Positions 1-10,098 are shown, counted from the stretch's first letter. The stretch: DNA of 64,000 nucleotides from Bdellovibrionota bacterium (GCA_044347345.1 JBIKUX010000002.1:73235-137234); one strand, 5' to 3'. The notes: generated by a model from the sequence alone, not told the origin. Program-made: numbers and translations.

Positions 1-744
1 TTGGAAGAAGAAGCCTTTCAAGAAAGAAATGGAAGATTGTTGGGTGAAGGCTTTCCAAGTGCTGATTATTGTGCTGAGCTTCACGCTCCTATATCTCTAA
101 GTGCCGTTCATCAATACCTAATTAACGAAAAGTCCAAGACTTACATAGACGCTAAAATGTTTGGAATGGAGCCTCTGCTTCACAGTTCTACAGATTTCCC
201 ACCTCTTATTGATTCAATATTATCTCACCTGCCAGATACAACTAAATTTGAAGCTGAGTTAACACTAATAATGAATTCCGCTATTCTTTTTTATTCAGTA
301 TCATTTTATCATCTGGAACAAGTAGAAAGACTTTTTGCCAAGGTCATTGGAGCAATTGAAATAGGACTAGAATCTATTCTTTCATCAGAAGAATTATCAA
401 ATAATAGTGGTACCGCTATTGAAATATATGAAAGACTTGGTCTTCAAATGCTTTATCGTCATGGTCTGGATTTATTAGCAAAACTCCAACGACTTGCTCG
501 CAGCACCTCAAAAAAACTACAGGATAAATTAGATCTAGAGGATCCTCTATTCAGTCTTTATCTTGAGGGAGCGATGATTCGTTTTCCAGAAATTCCTGAA
601 GAACTTCCCTCATCATTTCAAGAGAAGGGCAAAGAGAAAAAGTCAGAAAAAAATTATCTCTCCTCTAAGCTACTTCCTATTCAGTCGAAGCAAAATCTTG
701 ATATAGCTATTCAGGTCATTGAAAAGTTGCTAAATAATAGTTGA
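1..744 (+). CDS. DUF6178-like hypothetical protein, C-terminal part (5' truncated by window)
   Basis: Open from position 1; 'FQERNGRLLGEGFP' resembles the R-x-x-R-L-x-x-x-G-F-P segment of DUF6178 proteins as I recall them. Confidence 0.5.
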   Translation: MEEEAFQERNGRLLGEGFPSADYCAELHAPISLSAVHQYLINEKSKTYIDAKMFGMEPLLHSSTDFPPLIDSILSHLPDTTKFEAELTLIMNSAILFYSVSFYHLEQVERLFAKVIGAIEIGLESILSSEELSNNSGTAIEIYERLGLQMLYRHGLDLLAKLQRLARSTSKKLQDKLDLEDPLFSLYLEGAMIRFPEIPEELPSSFQEKGKEKKSEKNYLSSKLLPIQSKQNLDIAIQVIEKLLNNS

Positions 745-752
745 TTCAATAA

Positions 753-1319
753 CTACTTCTTTTTATCCGCAGATTTTTTATCATCTCCTTCTATTGCTTG
801 CCCAGCGGCATCACTCGTGCCATCTGAAACAATCTGAGCTTTCTCCTCTATGCATTGTATGGGGTCAGAGTCACCGATATGACATTCAATTTCACGAGCA
901 GTGCAAAGGTCTGAAACTTGCTTTTCAATAAGTCTTCTAACGGTAAAACTCATTGTGTGTAGACGGTTTGTATGTGACCCAAGCTGACCAGCTATGCAGC
1001 GCGGTGTGTTTTGATAGATTTTTTTACACTCTTGCAAGGCTTTTAACTGCTCTTTTTTTATTTTTTGATCTAGTTCAAGCTTAGCATTCTCTGTGGTTTT
1101 TTCTGTTTGGGAAAAACTACCCCAAAAAATAGTTTCTTTAGTTTCTTTACCATCAATTTTTTTAACTATTTTATAACTGACATCAGCTCTGCACTTTGTG
1201 TCTGCCTCTACAATGCCAAAGTTAACAGGAGTTAAAAAAATAAATGAAACTACCCTAACTAAAGATGAATAACTAAACATTGGTATCGTCAAAAATGAAC
1301 ATATAGGCGATTTTGCCAT
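753..1319 (-). CDS. Hypothetical exported, Cys-containing protein
   Basis: 188 aa ORF with hydrophobic N-terminus ending VEA-D, several spaced Cys and a charged tail. Confidence 0.55.
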   Translation of the reverse strand: MAKSPICSFLTIPMFSYSSLVRVVSFIFLTPVNFGIVEADTKCRADVSYKIVKKIDGKETKETIFWGSFSQTEKTTENAKLELDQKIKKEQLKALQECKKIYQNTPRCIAGQLGSHTNRLHTMSFTVRRLIEKQVSDLCTAREIECHIGDSDPIQCIEEKAQIVSDGTSDAAGQAIEGDDKKSADKKK

Positions 1320-1335
1320 TTACACTATCTTTCTG

Positions 1336-1695
1336 ATGACTATGAACGATACACCGAACAGTAATTTTGGTCTTATTGATGGAGATACAGTGGGTCTTTT
1401 TGGATTACCCAATGAAACAGGTAGTCCAGAACGGCGACTTTTGCTTGCTATTCTTGAGCGAGCGATTTTAGATTTTGTTGGCAATGACGAAAAAGAGCGT
1501 GAAATAGCTCAAATTTGGCTATTTGAAGATTATTCAAATAACAGCGACGTCGAAGTACCAATCACTGTCTCAGAAATATGCGAAGCCTTAGATTTAGATT
1601 GTACTAAGGTTCGTAATCGAGTAAGAAAAATGCCAAGACGTGGGGATAAGAAAGTTGCTCCATGGTACTTTGAGCGCCACATAAAAGCCGCTTAA
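1336..1695 (+). CDS. Conserved hypothetical small helical protein
   Basis: 'PERRLLLAILERAILDF...WLF...EICEALDLD' pattern recalled from deltaproteobacterial hypothetical proteins. Confidence 0.6.
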   Translation: MTMNDTPNSNFGLIDGDTVGLFGLPNETGSPERRLLLAILERAILDFVGNDEKEREIAQIWLFEDYSNNSDVEVPITVSEICEALDLDCTKVRNRVRKMPRRGDKKVAPWYFERHIKAA

Positions 1696-1777
1696 AAACA
1701 AGCTTTCTTCACTATAAAGGGTAATAAAATACCCTTTATATGTTCTTTTGCAAAAAGTCATAAAAATGCTTTTCAAG

Positions 1778-2497
1778 TTAGCCAGCAACGGCATGAAATC
1801 CAGCTCTATGATGTAAATGTGTTCTAGAAGTAATAGCTTCGCTCTTTGAGCCGTACCCTCTTCGCCTTACAATTTCTTTCGATACAAGATGAGCAAAACT
1901 AAGTCTTCGAGCCAGAAGGCGCAAGGTAATCAACCCCAAGATCAAAAGTAAGGTAAAAATAAGCGAAATAATTGTTTCTAATGAGCCTATTTCAATAAAA
2001 CCTATTAAAGCAAGCACCACTATCACTCCCAATGGACCACTAGCGACCATAATGAGACGAGAAAGCACACGCCACCAGACAATTTTAATAAAAAGATGGT
2101 CATCACTCACCTGAGGTGATAGCAAATCCTCTAAATATGATTCTAAACACTCGGTAGATACAACGCTCACCGCAATTTGAAATTCACTACTTATCCAATA
2201 TTCGTGAGCTCGACTTACTTCACGATTACTACTGAGATTACAATTAGAAACTTTAAACAATGTAGCTAATAAACTATTAACTCTCTCAAACCAAACATAA
2301 GCAGAAACACCGAAAGAAGCGGGTAAAAATACCTGTAAAATAAGAGAAAAAGGGGCGCGAGACTCACAGTGGAGCAACGCACCCCCGATAACAGCATAAG
2401 TCCCAAGTATGGATCGTCTAGTAAACTCCTCTGTTCTCACAACTAATTGAGAGGTTTTAACAATTGAAATTTCACCTGTTTTTTTATCTTGTTTCAC
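1778..2497 (-). CDS. Hypothetical membrane protein
   Basis: 239 aa ORF with about 4 hydrophobic segments. Confidence 0.55.
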   Translation of the reverse strand: MKQDKKTGEISIVKTSQLVVRTEEFTRRSILGTYAVIGGALLHCESRAPFSLILQVFLPASFGVSAYVWFERVNSLLATLFKVSNCNLSSNREVSRAHEYWISSEFQIAVSVVSTECLESYLEDLLSPQVSDDHLFIKIVWWRVLSRLIMVASGPLGVIVVLALIGFIEIGSLETIISLIFTLLLILGLITLRLLARRLSFAHLVSKEIVRRRGYGSKSEAITSRTHLHHRAGFHAVAG

Positions 2498-2567
2498 ACA
2501 AGTATTTTTTGTTTCAAACTTTTATTACTAGGAATTTACTGATGTAAACTTGCAGACCTACTTTACT

Positions 2568-3944
2568 CTAAAGGCCGGGTCTAATCATAGCAAATAAGTC
2601 AAGTACCTTATCCAATTCTTCAGAGGAAAGAAGTCCCATCTTTTTGGCCGCTTCCCGAACAGATAAATTCTCCTGAGTTGCTAATTTAGAAACTTGAGCT
2701 GCCCGATCATAACCAATGTGCGGAACTAAAGAAGTACAAATAGAGAGACTATTCTGAGCATACTCTAGACACTGCTTTAAATCAGCCTCAAGTCCTTCTA
2801 AACACTTATGTGTAAAATTTTTGGCAGATGCGCTTAAAAGCTCAATAGACTCCAGAAGATTACGTGCAATTACCGGAAGCATCACGTTTAGCTCAAAATT
2901 GCCATGTTGACCAGCTACCATAATACAAGCATCATTTCCCATTACTTGAGCACAGACCATAAGTAGCGATTCTGCAATAACGGGATTTACTTTAGCCGGC
3001 ATAATACTTGAGCCCGGCTGAACAGCTGGAATTTTCAGCTCTCCAAAACCACATCGGGGACCACTAGACATCCACCTAATATCATTGGCTATTTTCATCA
3101 ATGCACAAGCTAGTGCTCTAAGAGTACCGCTTAGAGCTACTGCACCCTCTTGACCACCCTGCAATGCAAAGTGATTTTCTGTACGTCGAAACTGAACTCC
3201 CGTTATCCGACTTAGATTCTCAATTGCTAAATCAGCGAACGCAGGATGCGTATTGATTCCAGTGCCTACAGCAGTTCCCCCAAGAGTTAAAGAGCATAGC
3301 TCTTCAACAGCTGCTTCAATACGCTTTCTGGCAAGAGAGACTTGAAAAGCATAACCACCAAATTCCTGCCCGAGCGTAACTGGTGTTGCATCTTGAAGAT
3401 GAGTTCGACCGCTTTTGATTACTTCACTAAACTGATGAGCCTTATCAAGTAAAACTCTCTCCATCTCTTCTAAAGCAGGCATCAGAGCTGATTTTACTCT
3501 CATTACTGAAGCTATACTTATCGCTGTTGGTATAACATCATTTGACGATTGACACATGTTTACATGGTCGTTTGGATGAATTCTTGTTGTTCCATCAGAA
3601 AGAAATGTGTTAGCTCGGTTAGCAATAACCTCATTTGCATTCATATTTGTGGAAGTACCCGAACCAGTTTGAAATACATCAACCACAAATTGTTCAAAAA
3701 ATTTACCTTCCCAAATTTCAAAAGCTGCTTTCCTCACAGCGTCACCAATTTGATTATCAATAAGCCTTAAGGATAGGTTAGCTTCGACGGCAGCGACTTT
3801 GATTGCTCCCAATACTTTTATAAACCATTTAGGTAAACCGTTTCCACTTATAGGAAAATTTAGTACTGCTCGCTGAGTTGAAGCTCCGTAAAGAGCATCA
3901 TCAGGAACTTGCATCTCACCCATTGAATCCTTTTCTTTTCGCAT
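2568..3944 (-). CDS. fumC: Class II fumarate hydratase
   Basis: EKDSMG, QTGSGTSTNMNANEV, GRTHLQDATP, GSSIMPAKVNP signature. Confidence 0.95.
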   Translation of the reverse strand: MRKEKDSMGEMQVPDDALYGASTQRAVLNFPISGNGLPKWFIKVLGAIKVAAVEANLSLRLIDNQIGDAVRKAAFEIWEGKFFEQFVVDVFQTGSGTSTNMNANEVIANRANTFLSDGTTRIHPNDHVNMCQSSNDVIPTAISIASVMRVKSALMPALEEMERVLLDKAHQFSEVIKSGRTHLQDATPVTLGQEFGGYAFQVSLARKRIEAAVEELCSLTLGGTAVGTGINTHPAFADLAIENLSRITGVQFRRTENHFALQGGQEGAVALSGTLRALACALMKIANDIRWMSSGPRCGFGELKIPAVQPGSSIMPAKVNPVIAESLLMVCAQVMGNDACIMVAGQHGNFELNVMLPVIARNLLESIELLSASAKNFTHKCLEGLEADLKQCLEYAQNSLSICTSLVPHIGYDRAAQVSKLATQENLSVREAAKKMGLLSSEELDKVLDLFAMIRPGL

Positions 3945-4060
3945 ATTTATAGTTCCTTAATAGTATTCTGGTCTGTTACTAACTTTTCAATCATCCTAAC
4001 TGGGTAACACCTGACAAAGCTAGAATATCTAAAAGCTGAAAATTTTTTAAAAGAATCAGC

Positions 4061-4891
4061 ATGGCACCAACTAAATTACCAGTAAAACCCGCTACTCAGG
4101 CTCTGAGTTTCACTATCCCCACCAACCCCACAGCATTAATACAATGCACAAATATAGTTCAGGAACCAAATTTTAGAGTAAATCAGCTAGCTTTAGCTAT
4201 TAGAGAAGATCCTGCTATTGTTCTTGACCTTTTTCATCAAGCTAATTCAGTTGATTTAGGTGCGGGGCGACAACCATTGTTTTCCATCGACGCCGCAATC
4301 ACACGATTAGGCGATGAGTTAATGTATAAACTATTAAAGAATTTAAAAACTACAGAAGATTCCACTCCACCAGAATTAATCCCATGGATTGAAATTAATA
4401 GAGAGAGGGGGCGCAAAATTGCCCATGTCTCAGCTATCCTTGCTGATATTTGCAATAGGACAGCTACAAATGAAGCATATTTAGCAGGTCTTTTCTGTTG
4501 TGTAGGAGAAATACTGGCTGTTTTACACTTAGGTGCAGAATACGTTCAGGTAGCAAGTGGAATTAGTAACGCCGCTCTGCAGTATAAGCTAGTTCAAGAT
4601 TTCAAGTTTGATACTCATGCAATAGGGGTACAATATTTACATCGAAGAGGTATCCCCGCTTCTTTAATTATCCGCGATGAAAGCGAAACAGCATCTCGAG
4701 ATCGTCGTCGCAGCACCATTAAAGTTTTAATTCATGCCGCCGAAGAATTTGTCGAAGCGGCCGAACGAGGCCGTTTAGGCTCTTATGCTCCAGGAAAAAA
4801 CCTTCCCTCTCAAAGTAAGCTCAGAGTGCTCCAACTTCAAGGAAACCAATACGAAAATATTTTTGCACAAGTAAAAGCGACATTACAATGA
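4061..4891 (+). CDS. HDOD-domain protein
   Basis: EDPAIVLDLFHQANS, SIDAAITRLG, AYLAGLFCCVGE (HDOD AGLLHDIG-like). Confidence 0.8.
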   Translation: MAPTKLPVKPATQALSFTIPTNPTALIQCTNIVQEPNFRVNQLALAIREDPAIVLDLFHQANSVDLGAGRQPLFSIDAAITRLGDELMYKLLKNLKTTEDSTPPELIPWIEINRERGRKIAHVSAILADICNRTATNEAYLAGLFCCVGEILAVLHLGAEYVQVASGISNAALQYKLVQDFKFDTHAIGVQYLHRRGIPASLIIRDESETASRDRRRSTIKVLIHAAEEFVEAAERGRLGSYAPGKNLPSQSKLRVLQLQGNQYENIFAQVKATLQ

Positions 4892-4958
4892 GTTACACCC
4901 TACCGATAAAATAGATTTATTTTTTTAGATAAAAAACTTCACAAATAGTGACGCTTTC

Positions 4959-4986
4959 TCAAGAAGTTACTCTACTCTGTCGACTT
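4959..4986 (+). promoter_or_regulatory. Candidate sigma-28 (FliA)-like promoter
   Basis: TCAA-N16-GTCGACTT ending about 50 nt before the ATG at 5039. Confidence 0.35.
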
Positions 4987-5038
4987 TTCCTAAGAAAAGT
5001 AACTAGCCTTTTCTCTAACAAAACTAACAAGGGCGTAA

Positions 5039-6829
5039 ATGAACGAAGAAGACAAGTCAAAACAGTCCTTAGCATTTAATCGACTTGATCACGCTCAGAC
5101 AGTTCAATTACCACTCGACCAAATAGTACTTAGTGAAGCTAATAAGCTAATATCGGAAGATAAGGGAAAAACTGACCAATTTTACCTATGTGCATCTCAA
5201 GATCCGGTACTTATTTTAGAATTATTTAACAAAGCAAAAGAATCTTCTAAAGCCGGAGAAAAGACTTTCTTCTCATCTATTGGTGCAGTTATGAGCCGAA
5301 TAGGAGAGAATGAAGCTCTTCAATTTTTAAACCAATTAAACTCCCGCAATGCCAATACAATAAAATGGGTAGAAATACACAGGAGCAAAGGAAAACGCAG
5401 TGGCTTAATTGCTCGTATGATAGCGCAAATTACGGCAAAAAATCTTGCTGACGAGGCTCAACTGAGTGCACTACTACACTGTATTGGAGAAATGCTTGCT
5501 GCATCCGTACTAGAGTCTGAGTACGCAGAACTTGCTGAACTTACCACTCGAGCCGGTGTTCTACATTCATTAGTAAATGATTTTAATTTTGACGTAAATC
5601 AAATCGAGCGCTTCTACTTAAGCAAACGAGGTATTCCATCAAGTCTTATAGTCGCCATCCGCCCTGCTCCCGGAGCTCCAGAAACAGAGCCACTTAAAAC
5701 AATTCGTTCAATCGTAATGTCAGCAAAGGAAATGGTAGAACGTTTTGATGAAGGGACGTGGGACAAAATAGCTCCTGGAGAAAAACTACCCATGCGGAGC
5801 GCACTTCAAAATTTATCTTTTACTAACTCTGCGAATTATACAAAGTTATATGAACGAGCTTCCGAGTATCTAACAAAAATAAAATTTATTGAATCTCAAA
5901 GGCGCGAGAAAACCCAAGCTCACCAATCTTATCCTGAAGTAGCTCAAGATACATCAAATGATGATAATGTTATTTCCAGCGAAATAATCACCACAGTAAC
6001 TAATACTACCCCTACTTATAAAGCATCTAGAACTCCTTTAAAACAAGTTCTTAAAGAAACGCCTTTAGAGAATTCTATTGAAGATGAACCTCAAAAGTTA
6101 CAATCAGTTCAAGAAGAAAACACTGAATCAAATAACTTAAAAGAAAAAGATAGCGATAGAAAAAACACGAATCTTCTGCCAGAGAAAGCAGTATTTGAAC
6201 AAAACGTAAAACACTCGCCCAAAAAGAGAAAATCTGAAAAATTCATCGATCAATCAGGCAAAAATAGAACTAAAAAAAGGCCTTTACATTCAGACGATTC
6301 TGAATCGTCTGATAGTGATGTCAAACTAACTTCCCCAACTCCTTTAATTGCCTTAAAGGGTACAAAAAAAATTCTTACTTCCATGAATAGAGCTATGTCA
6401 TCTGCCAAAAACAGCGAAGAGCTACTATCAAACCTTCTATCAACTCTGATTGATGACGGTCCTTTTGAGAAAACAGCTATAATTGTTATTTCAGAGGATC
6501 GTAAAAACGCCACCGTTGTAGCAGCTCGTGGCCCAAATATTGGTAACGGACAGCGACTTTCTCTTGACGATCCACTTTCTCCACTCGCTCAATCTATATC
6601 TAAAATTCAAAGCTTTGGCAGAAAAGAAAGTTCAGTATCGCCATTTGGCAGTAAAGCATTTGCAGTAGCTCCGCTTGATACTCACCACCATACTCCAGTT
6701 GCCCTTTACGCTGATTGTGGCAGTGATAACGCAATTACCTTTGAAGCACGACGCATTTTTAGATCAGTAGTAGATATGGTGAACGAGAAGATACGAGATC
6801 TTCCTGGAGGAATTCCTTACGAAATTTGA
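5039..6829 (+). CDS. HDOD-domain protein with low-complexity linker and C-terminal GAF-like domain
   Basis: QDPVLILELF, ALLHCIGE; charged linker; C-terminal AVAPL...VALYAD; clearly paralogous to 4061..4891. Confidence 0.75.
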   Translation: MNEEDKSKQSLAFNRLDHAQTVQLPLDQIVLSEANKLISEDKGKTDQFYLCASQDPVLILELFNKAKESSKAGEKTFFSSIGAVMSRIGENEALQFLNQLNSRNANTIKWVEIHRSKGKRSGLIARMIAQITAKNLADEAQLSALLHCIGEMLAASVLESEYAELAELTTRAGVLHSLVNDFNFDVNQIERFYLSKRGIPSSLIVAIRPAPGAPETEPLKTIRSIVMSAKEMVERFDEGTWDKIAPGEKLPMRSALQNLSFTNSANYTKLYERASEYLTKIKFIESQRREKTQAHQSYPEVAQDTSNDDNVISSEIITTVTNTTPTYKASRTPLKQVLKETPLENSIEDEPQKLQSVQEENTESNNLKEKDSDRKNTNLLPEKAVFEQNVKHSPKKRKSEKFIDQSGKNRTKKRPLHSDDSESSDSDVKLTSPTPLIALKGTKKILTSMNRAMSSAKNSEELLSNLLSTLIDDGPFEKTAIIVISEDRKNATVVAARGPNIGNGQRLSLDDPLSPLAQSISKIQSFGRKESSVSPFGSKAFAVAPLDTHHHTPVALYADCGSDNAITFEARRIFRSVVDMVNEKIRDLPGGIPYEI

Positions 6830-6854
6830 TATCTATGGTCAAATACTACGCGCT

Positions 6855-6888
6855 ATTTTTCAAACACTTTTATCATTTTTCAAACACT
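6855..6888. repeat. 14-bp direct repeat (ATTTTTCAAACACT x2, 20-bp period)
   Basis: Exact copies at 6855-6868 and 6875-6888. Confidence 0.8.
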
Positions 6889-7056
6889 GTCCTAAGCCTT
6901 ATTTAAATTACATAACAGCTCAAGCACTGTGAGATAGGCTAAATTATTGCCCTAATGCGTAGTAATACTTTAATCTCAGAGTATTCTACTTTATTTGATA
7001 ATCTATTTAAGTAAGGTGAGCTTGAAAATTAAATATCAATTCTTGGGAATCGTTAT

Positions 7057-7644
7057 ATGTCGCAGTTAATCCTCCCTGTTTATAAATTTTTCACCGGTAT
7101 TATCAAGAATGAGTCGTTTCAATATGTTGCTTATTTGACTCAAAGCAAAGTTCTCTTAACTGTACTCTGTTGTCTAACAACAGGCCTGATTACATTACCC
7201 AATGAAGCTAAGTCTCAAGTTAGAATAGCTACAGTCGATATGTCGCGTATTTTAAATGAATCTAGTGAAGCTAAAACTCGAAGAAAAGAGCTAGATTCTT
7301 TAAGTTCTACAGCTCGAAAAAAAATTGACTCAAAAAAGAATGAACTTAAAGCACTTGAAGGCTCACTTCAAAAAGAAAGAAATGAAGAAATAGAGCGTCA
7401 ATATAGAGAGGAAGCTCGTGAGCTTTCAAGACTAGTTAAAGATGAAGAGGATGAACTGCGTGCTAAGTTTGTCTCAGCTAACAGAGAACTAACGCAGAAA
7501 GCCCTCAGTCTTGTTCGTAACTATGCGACCAAAGAGGGAGTAGATCTGGTACTCGACAAAAGCTCTGTTGATAGGGGCACTGTACTATTTAGTCTTGAAA
7601 AGGTCGATATAACCGAAGCAATATTACAACAACTTGATAATTAG
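7057..7644 (+). CDS. skp: OmpH/Skp periplasmic chaperone
   Basis: Signal peptide, RIATVDMSRIL, coiled-coil body, GVDLVLDK...VDITEAILQQL. Confidence 0.88.
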   Translation: MSQLILPVYKFFTGIIKNESFQYVAYLTQSKVLLTVLCCLTTGLITLPNEAKSQVRIATVDMSRILNESSEAKTRRKELDSLSSTARKKIDSKKNELKALEGSLQKERNEEIERQYREEARELSRLVKDEEDELRAKFVSANRELTQKALSLVRNYATKEGVDLVLDKSSVDRGTVLFSLEKVDITEAILQQLDN

Positions 7645-7676
7645 AATTTAAATCAATTTAGCCGGAATAACCTGTA

Positions 7677-8555
7677 GTGGCTGACGACAATAACTACAAC
7701 ATTGCTTCCTCCATCGATGAGAATATGTTATGTGCTTTCAAAGGTGACAGAGGTGCTGCTGTAAATTTCTTTATTCAATTACTCAACCATGAATTAACAG
7801 TGCCAGAGCGCTATTCAAACTCTAAGTACTGTGACGCAGTAACCTATCCACACATTTTTCTCAACATCTTTGCTTTTCAAGATGAAGAGGGTCGAACCTG
7901 TATTCCAGCCTTTACAAATCCTGCTCATGCCAAGAGCTTCAATCCTCAAGCTGTGCAAGATAACACCGCAATCAGCGAGCCACTTAGATGCAGAAAAGTG
8001 TCTGGAAGCGAATTATTCAAACTTACCCCAGATGATTGGTGGATAATACTTAACCCAAACCAAGAGGTGGCAAAAGAGTTATCTCCTTGGGAGCTTTCAC
8101 TTCTAAAAAAAGGGGAAGAGTCAATTCCTGAAATTATTGAGGAAGTATTCTCCCAAGATACACCGACTCCAATAAAAATATCAGCCTCAACAGATGATGA
8201 GTTCAGATCACTTCGCAGTTTTCTTATTGAGCACTGCAAATCAGACAACCGCATTACAAAATTATACCTTTCAAAGGAGATCCCGTACAACGAATCTGCC
8301 ACTATTCCGCTGATAGGTATCCTAGTTGACCCCCTTTATATCGCTGATCAAGACGCCATATTGGAAAATATAAGAGGAGTAGCAAATCTTGAGCAAGTAG
8401 GCACCGCAAAGCCCAGATTATTTATTGGTAGTGAGGATGCTCCAGGAATAATGTTGCGCTTGTTCTTAGATGCTCCACCCTTCTACATAAATCAAAAACC
8501 AATCGAACCCGTTAGCAAATGGGGACTTCCCTTTTTTCGACGAGCTTTTCGATAA
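7677..8555 (+). CDS. SseB-family protein (N- and C-terminal domains)
   Basis: IPAFT...WIILNP...KELSPWE pattern and C-terminal PPFY. Confidence 0.65.
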   Translation: MADDNNYNIASSIDENMLCAFKGDRGAAVNFFIQLLNHELTVPERYSNSKYCDAVTYPHIFLNIFAFQDEEGRTCIPAFTNPAHAKSFNPQAVQDNTAISEPLRCRKVSGSELFKLTPDDWWIILNPNQEVAKELSPWELSLLKKGEESIPEIIEEVFSQDTPTPIKISASTDDEFRSLRSFLIEHCKSDNRITKLYLSKEIPYNESATIPLIGILVDPLYIADQDAILENIRGVANLEQVGTAKPRLFIGSEDAPGIMLRLFLDAPPFYINQKPIEPVSKWGLPFFRRAFR

Positions 8556-8786
8556 TTAAGGAAACGTCAATTTAATACTCCAGACAATTCTTTTCCTCAA
8601 TTTCACAATCCAACGACAAAAGCTTACAACCAAATTTGTTAGTGCCAGCTATATTGCAAAAGGTATATTTATTGCATCGGACCCTCAGCTAATCCAGAGA
8701 GATACCTCCCGGACATAAATAGTTTCCGGCCTCAAGAGATCTACAAAGTATGCCGTCCAAACCTTAAATACCAAGGAAGGAGAGAT

Positions 8787-9074
8787 ATGCGAATAATCAC
8801 TTCAGAAAGTGACGAATACTCTAAACTGCTACAATCTTTAAATAATTCTATTGTAATCGGTACTTATACGAAAGAAGAATGCCTTCGTACGGTAAGCATC
8901 AAACGACACTTGATAATGATCCAATTAGAGGAAGATCCAACTAAAATTGCTGTACATGAAGCCCCTAGCCCATTTGCTGCTGAGCGACTTGCTACACAAG
9001 TTCTACAAAAACATCAATTACAGGGGGCAGAGGTAAGATTTACCGCCAACAGAGAAAATTTTGATAAATTTTAA
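8787..9074 (+). CDS. Small hypothetical protein
   Basis: 95 aa ORF with strong SD (AAGGAAGGAG) upstream. Confidence 0.7.
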   Translation: MRIITSESDEYSKLLQSLNNSIVIGTYTKEECLRTVSIKRHLIMIQLEEDPTKIAVHEAPSPFAAERLATQVLQKHQLQGAEVRFTANRENFDKF

Positions 9075-9132
9075 TCTGTAAGAGTAAAGATATTTTTTCC
9101 TTATTGACCTTATATGCTATACTTTTGGTGTT

Positions 9133-9882
9133 ATGGGCAAATTTTTACCGTCAACATCGGCGCTAATTGCGCTCGGAAGTAATCTTGGAGACCGAGAAGG
9201 GCTTATTCTCACTGCTTTACAATACTTATCTGAGCGAGTAGGAGATATTAAAAAAGTATCTCGTCTTTACGAAACTGAGCCCTTATTGCCAATGATGAGC
9301 TCAAGCTACGATGCGCTCACCAACTCTGAAGTTAATAATAACGTTAAATCAAGGACAGACTCATCAGTAAAAGCGGCTTCTTTATTAAAAGAGAAAGATA
9401 TTGCCTCAAAGTATCTTTACCTGAATGCCGTTACAGAAATTAGCACCACTCTTTCTCCTTCGGAGCTTTTGACTGAATTACAACAAATTGAAGCTCAACT
9501 TGGTCGAACTCCTCCAAATAACATTACGAACGACCGTGAAGAACACAATCTTTCGAGCCCTGAAGCAACTAAGGTATGGGAGCCTCGAACTATTGACTTA
9601 GATATTCTTACGTACGGAAAGCAATGTATTTCGACTGAAAAATTAACAATCCCGCACCCAGAGCTCCACTTAAGAGATTTTGTTCTAATTCCACTTCAAG
9701 AAATAGCCCCTGAATTTCGTCATCCAGCCTTGGAATCATCAATCGGGGAACTACTTCAAAGACTGCATCGTCACTTTGTTACGGGCAAATCCATTCCGTG
9801 CCGCATAGCTTCCATTAAATATCAGGTTAACGAAAGCAAAATAGAAGCTATTGATGAATCAAAACTTGCTTCTTTTGCCTGA
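9133..9882 (+). CDS. folK: 2-amino-4-hydroxy-6-hydroxymethyldihydropteridine diphosphokinase
   Basis: ALGSNLGDR, SRLYETEP, YLNAV, PRTIDLDIL, IPHP..RDFVLIPL. Confidence 0.92.
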   Translation: MGKFLPSTSALIALGSNLGDREGLILTALQYLSERVGDIKKVSRLYETEPLLPMMSSSYDALTNSEVNNNVKSRTDSSVKAASLLKEKDIASKYLYLNAVTEISTTLSPSELLTELQQIEAQLGRTPPNNITNDREEHNLSSPEATKVWEPRTIDLDILTYGKQCISTEKLTIPHPELHLRDFVLIPLQEIAPEFRHPALESSIGELLQRLHRHFVTGKSIPCRIASIKYQVNESKIEAIDESKLASFA

Positions 9883-9909
9883 GCGCGGTACTACTTTAAA
9901 GCTGTTCAT

Positions 9910-9983
9910 GCGCTCCTAGCTCAGCTGGATAGAGCACCTGACTACGAATCAGGAGGTCGGGAGTTCGAATCTCTCGGGGCGCG
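9910..9983 (+). tRNA. tRNA-Arg(ACG), CCA not encoded
   Basis: Acceptor GCGCTCC/GGGGCGC, anticodon arm CCTGA-CTACGAA-TCAGG, GTTCGAATC T-loop. Confidence 0.97.
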
Positions 9984-10011
9984 TGCTTTCTCTTTTGAAC
10001 AATTTAACCTT

Positions 10012-10098
10012 GGAGAGGTGGCCGAGCGGCTGAAGGCGCACGCTTGGAAAGCGTGTATAGGGGAAACTCTATCGAGGGTTCGAATCCCTCCCTCTCCG
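10012..10098 (+). tRNA. tRNA-Ser(GGA), CCA not encoded
   Basis: Acceptor GGAGAGG/CCTCTCC, anticodon arm CACGC-TTGGAAA-GCGTG, long variable arm. Confidence 0.97.
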
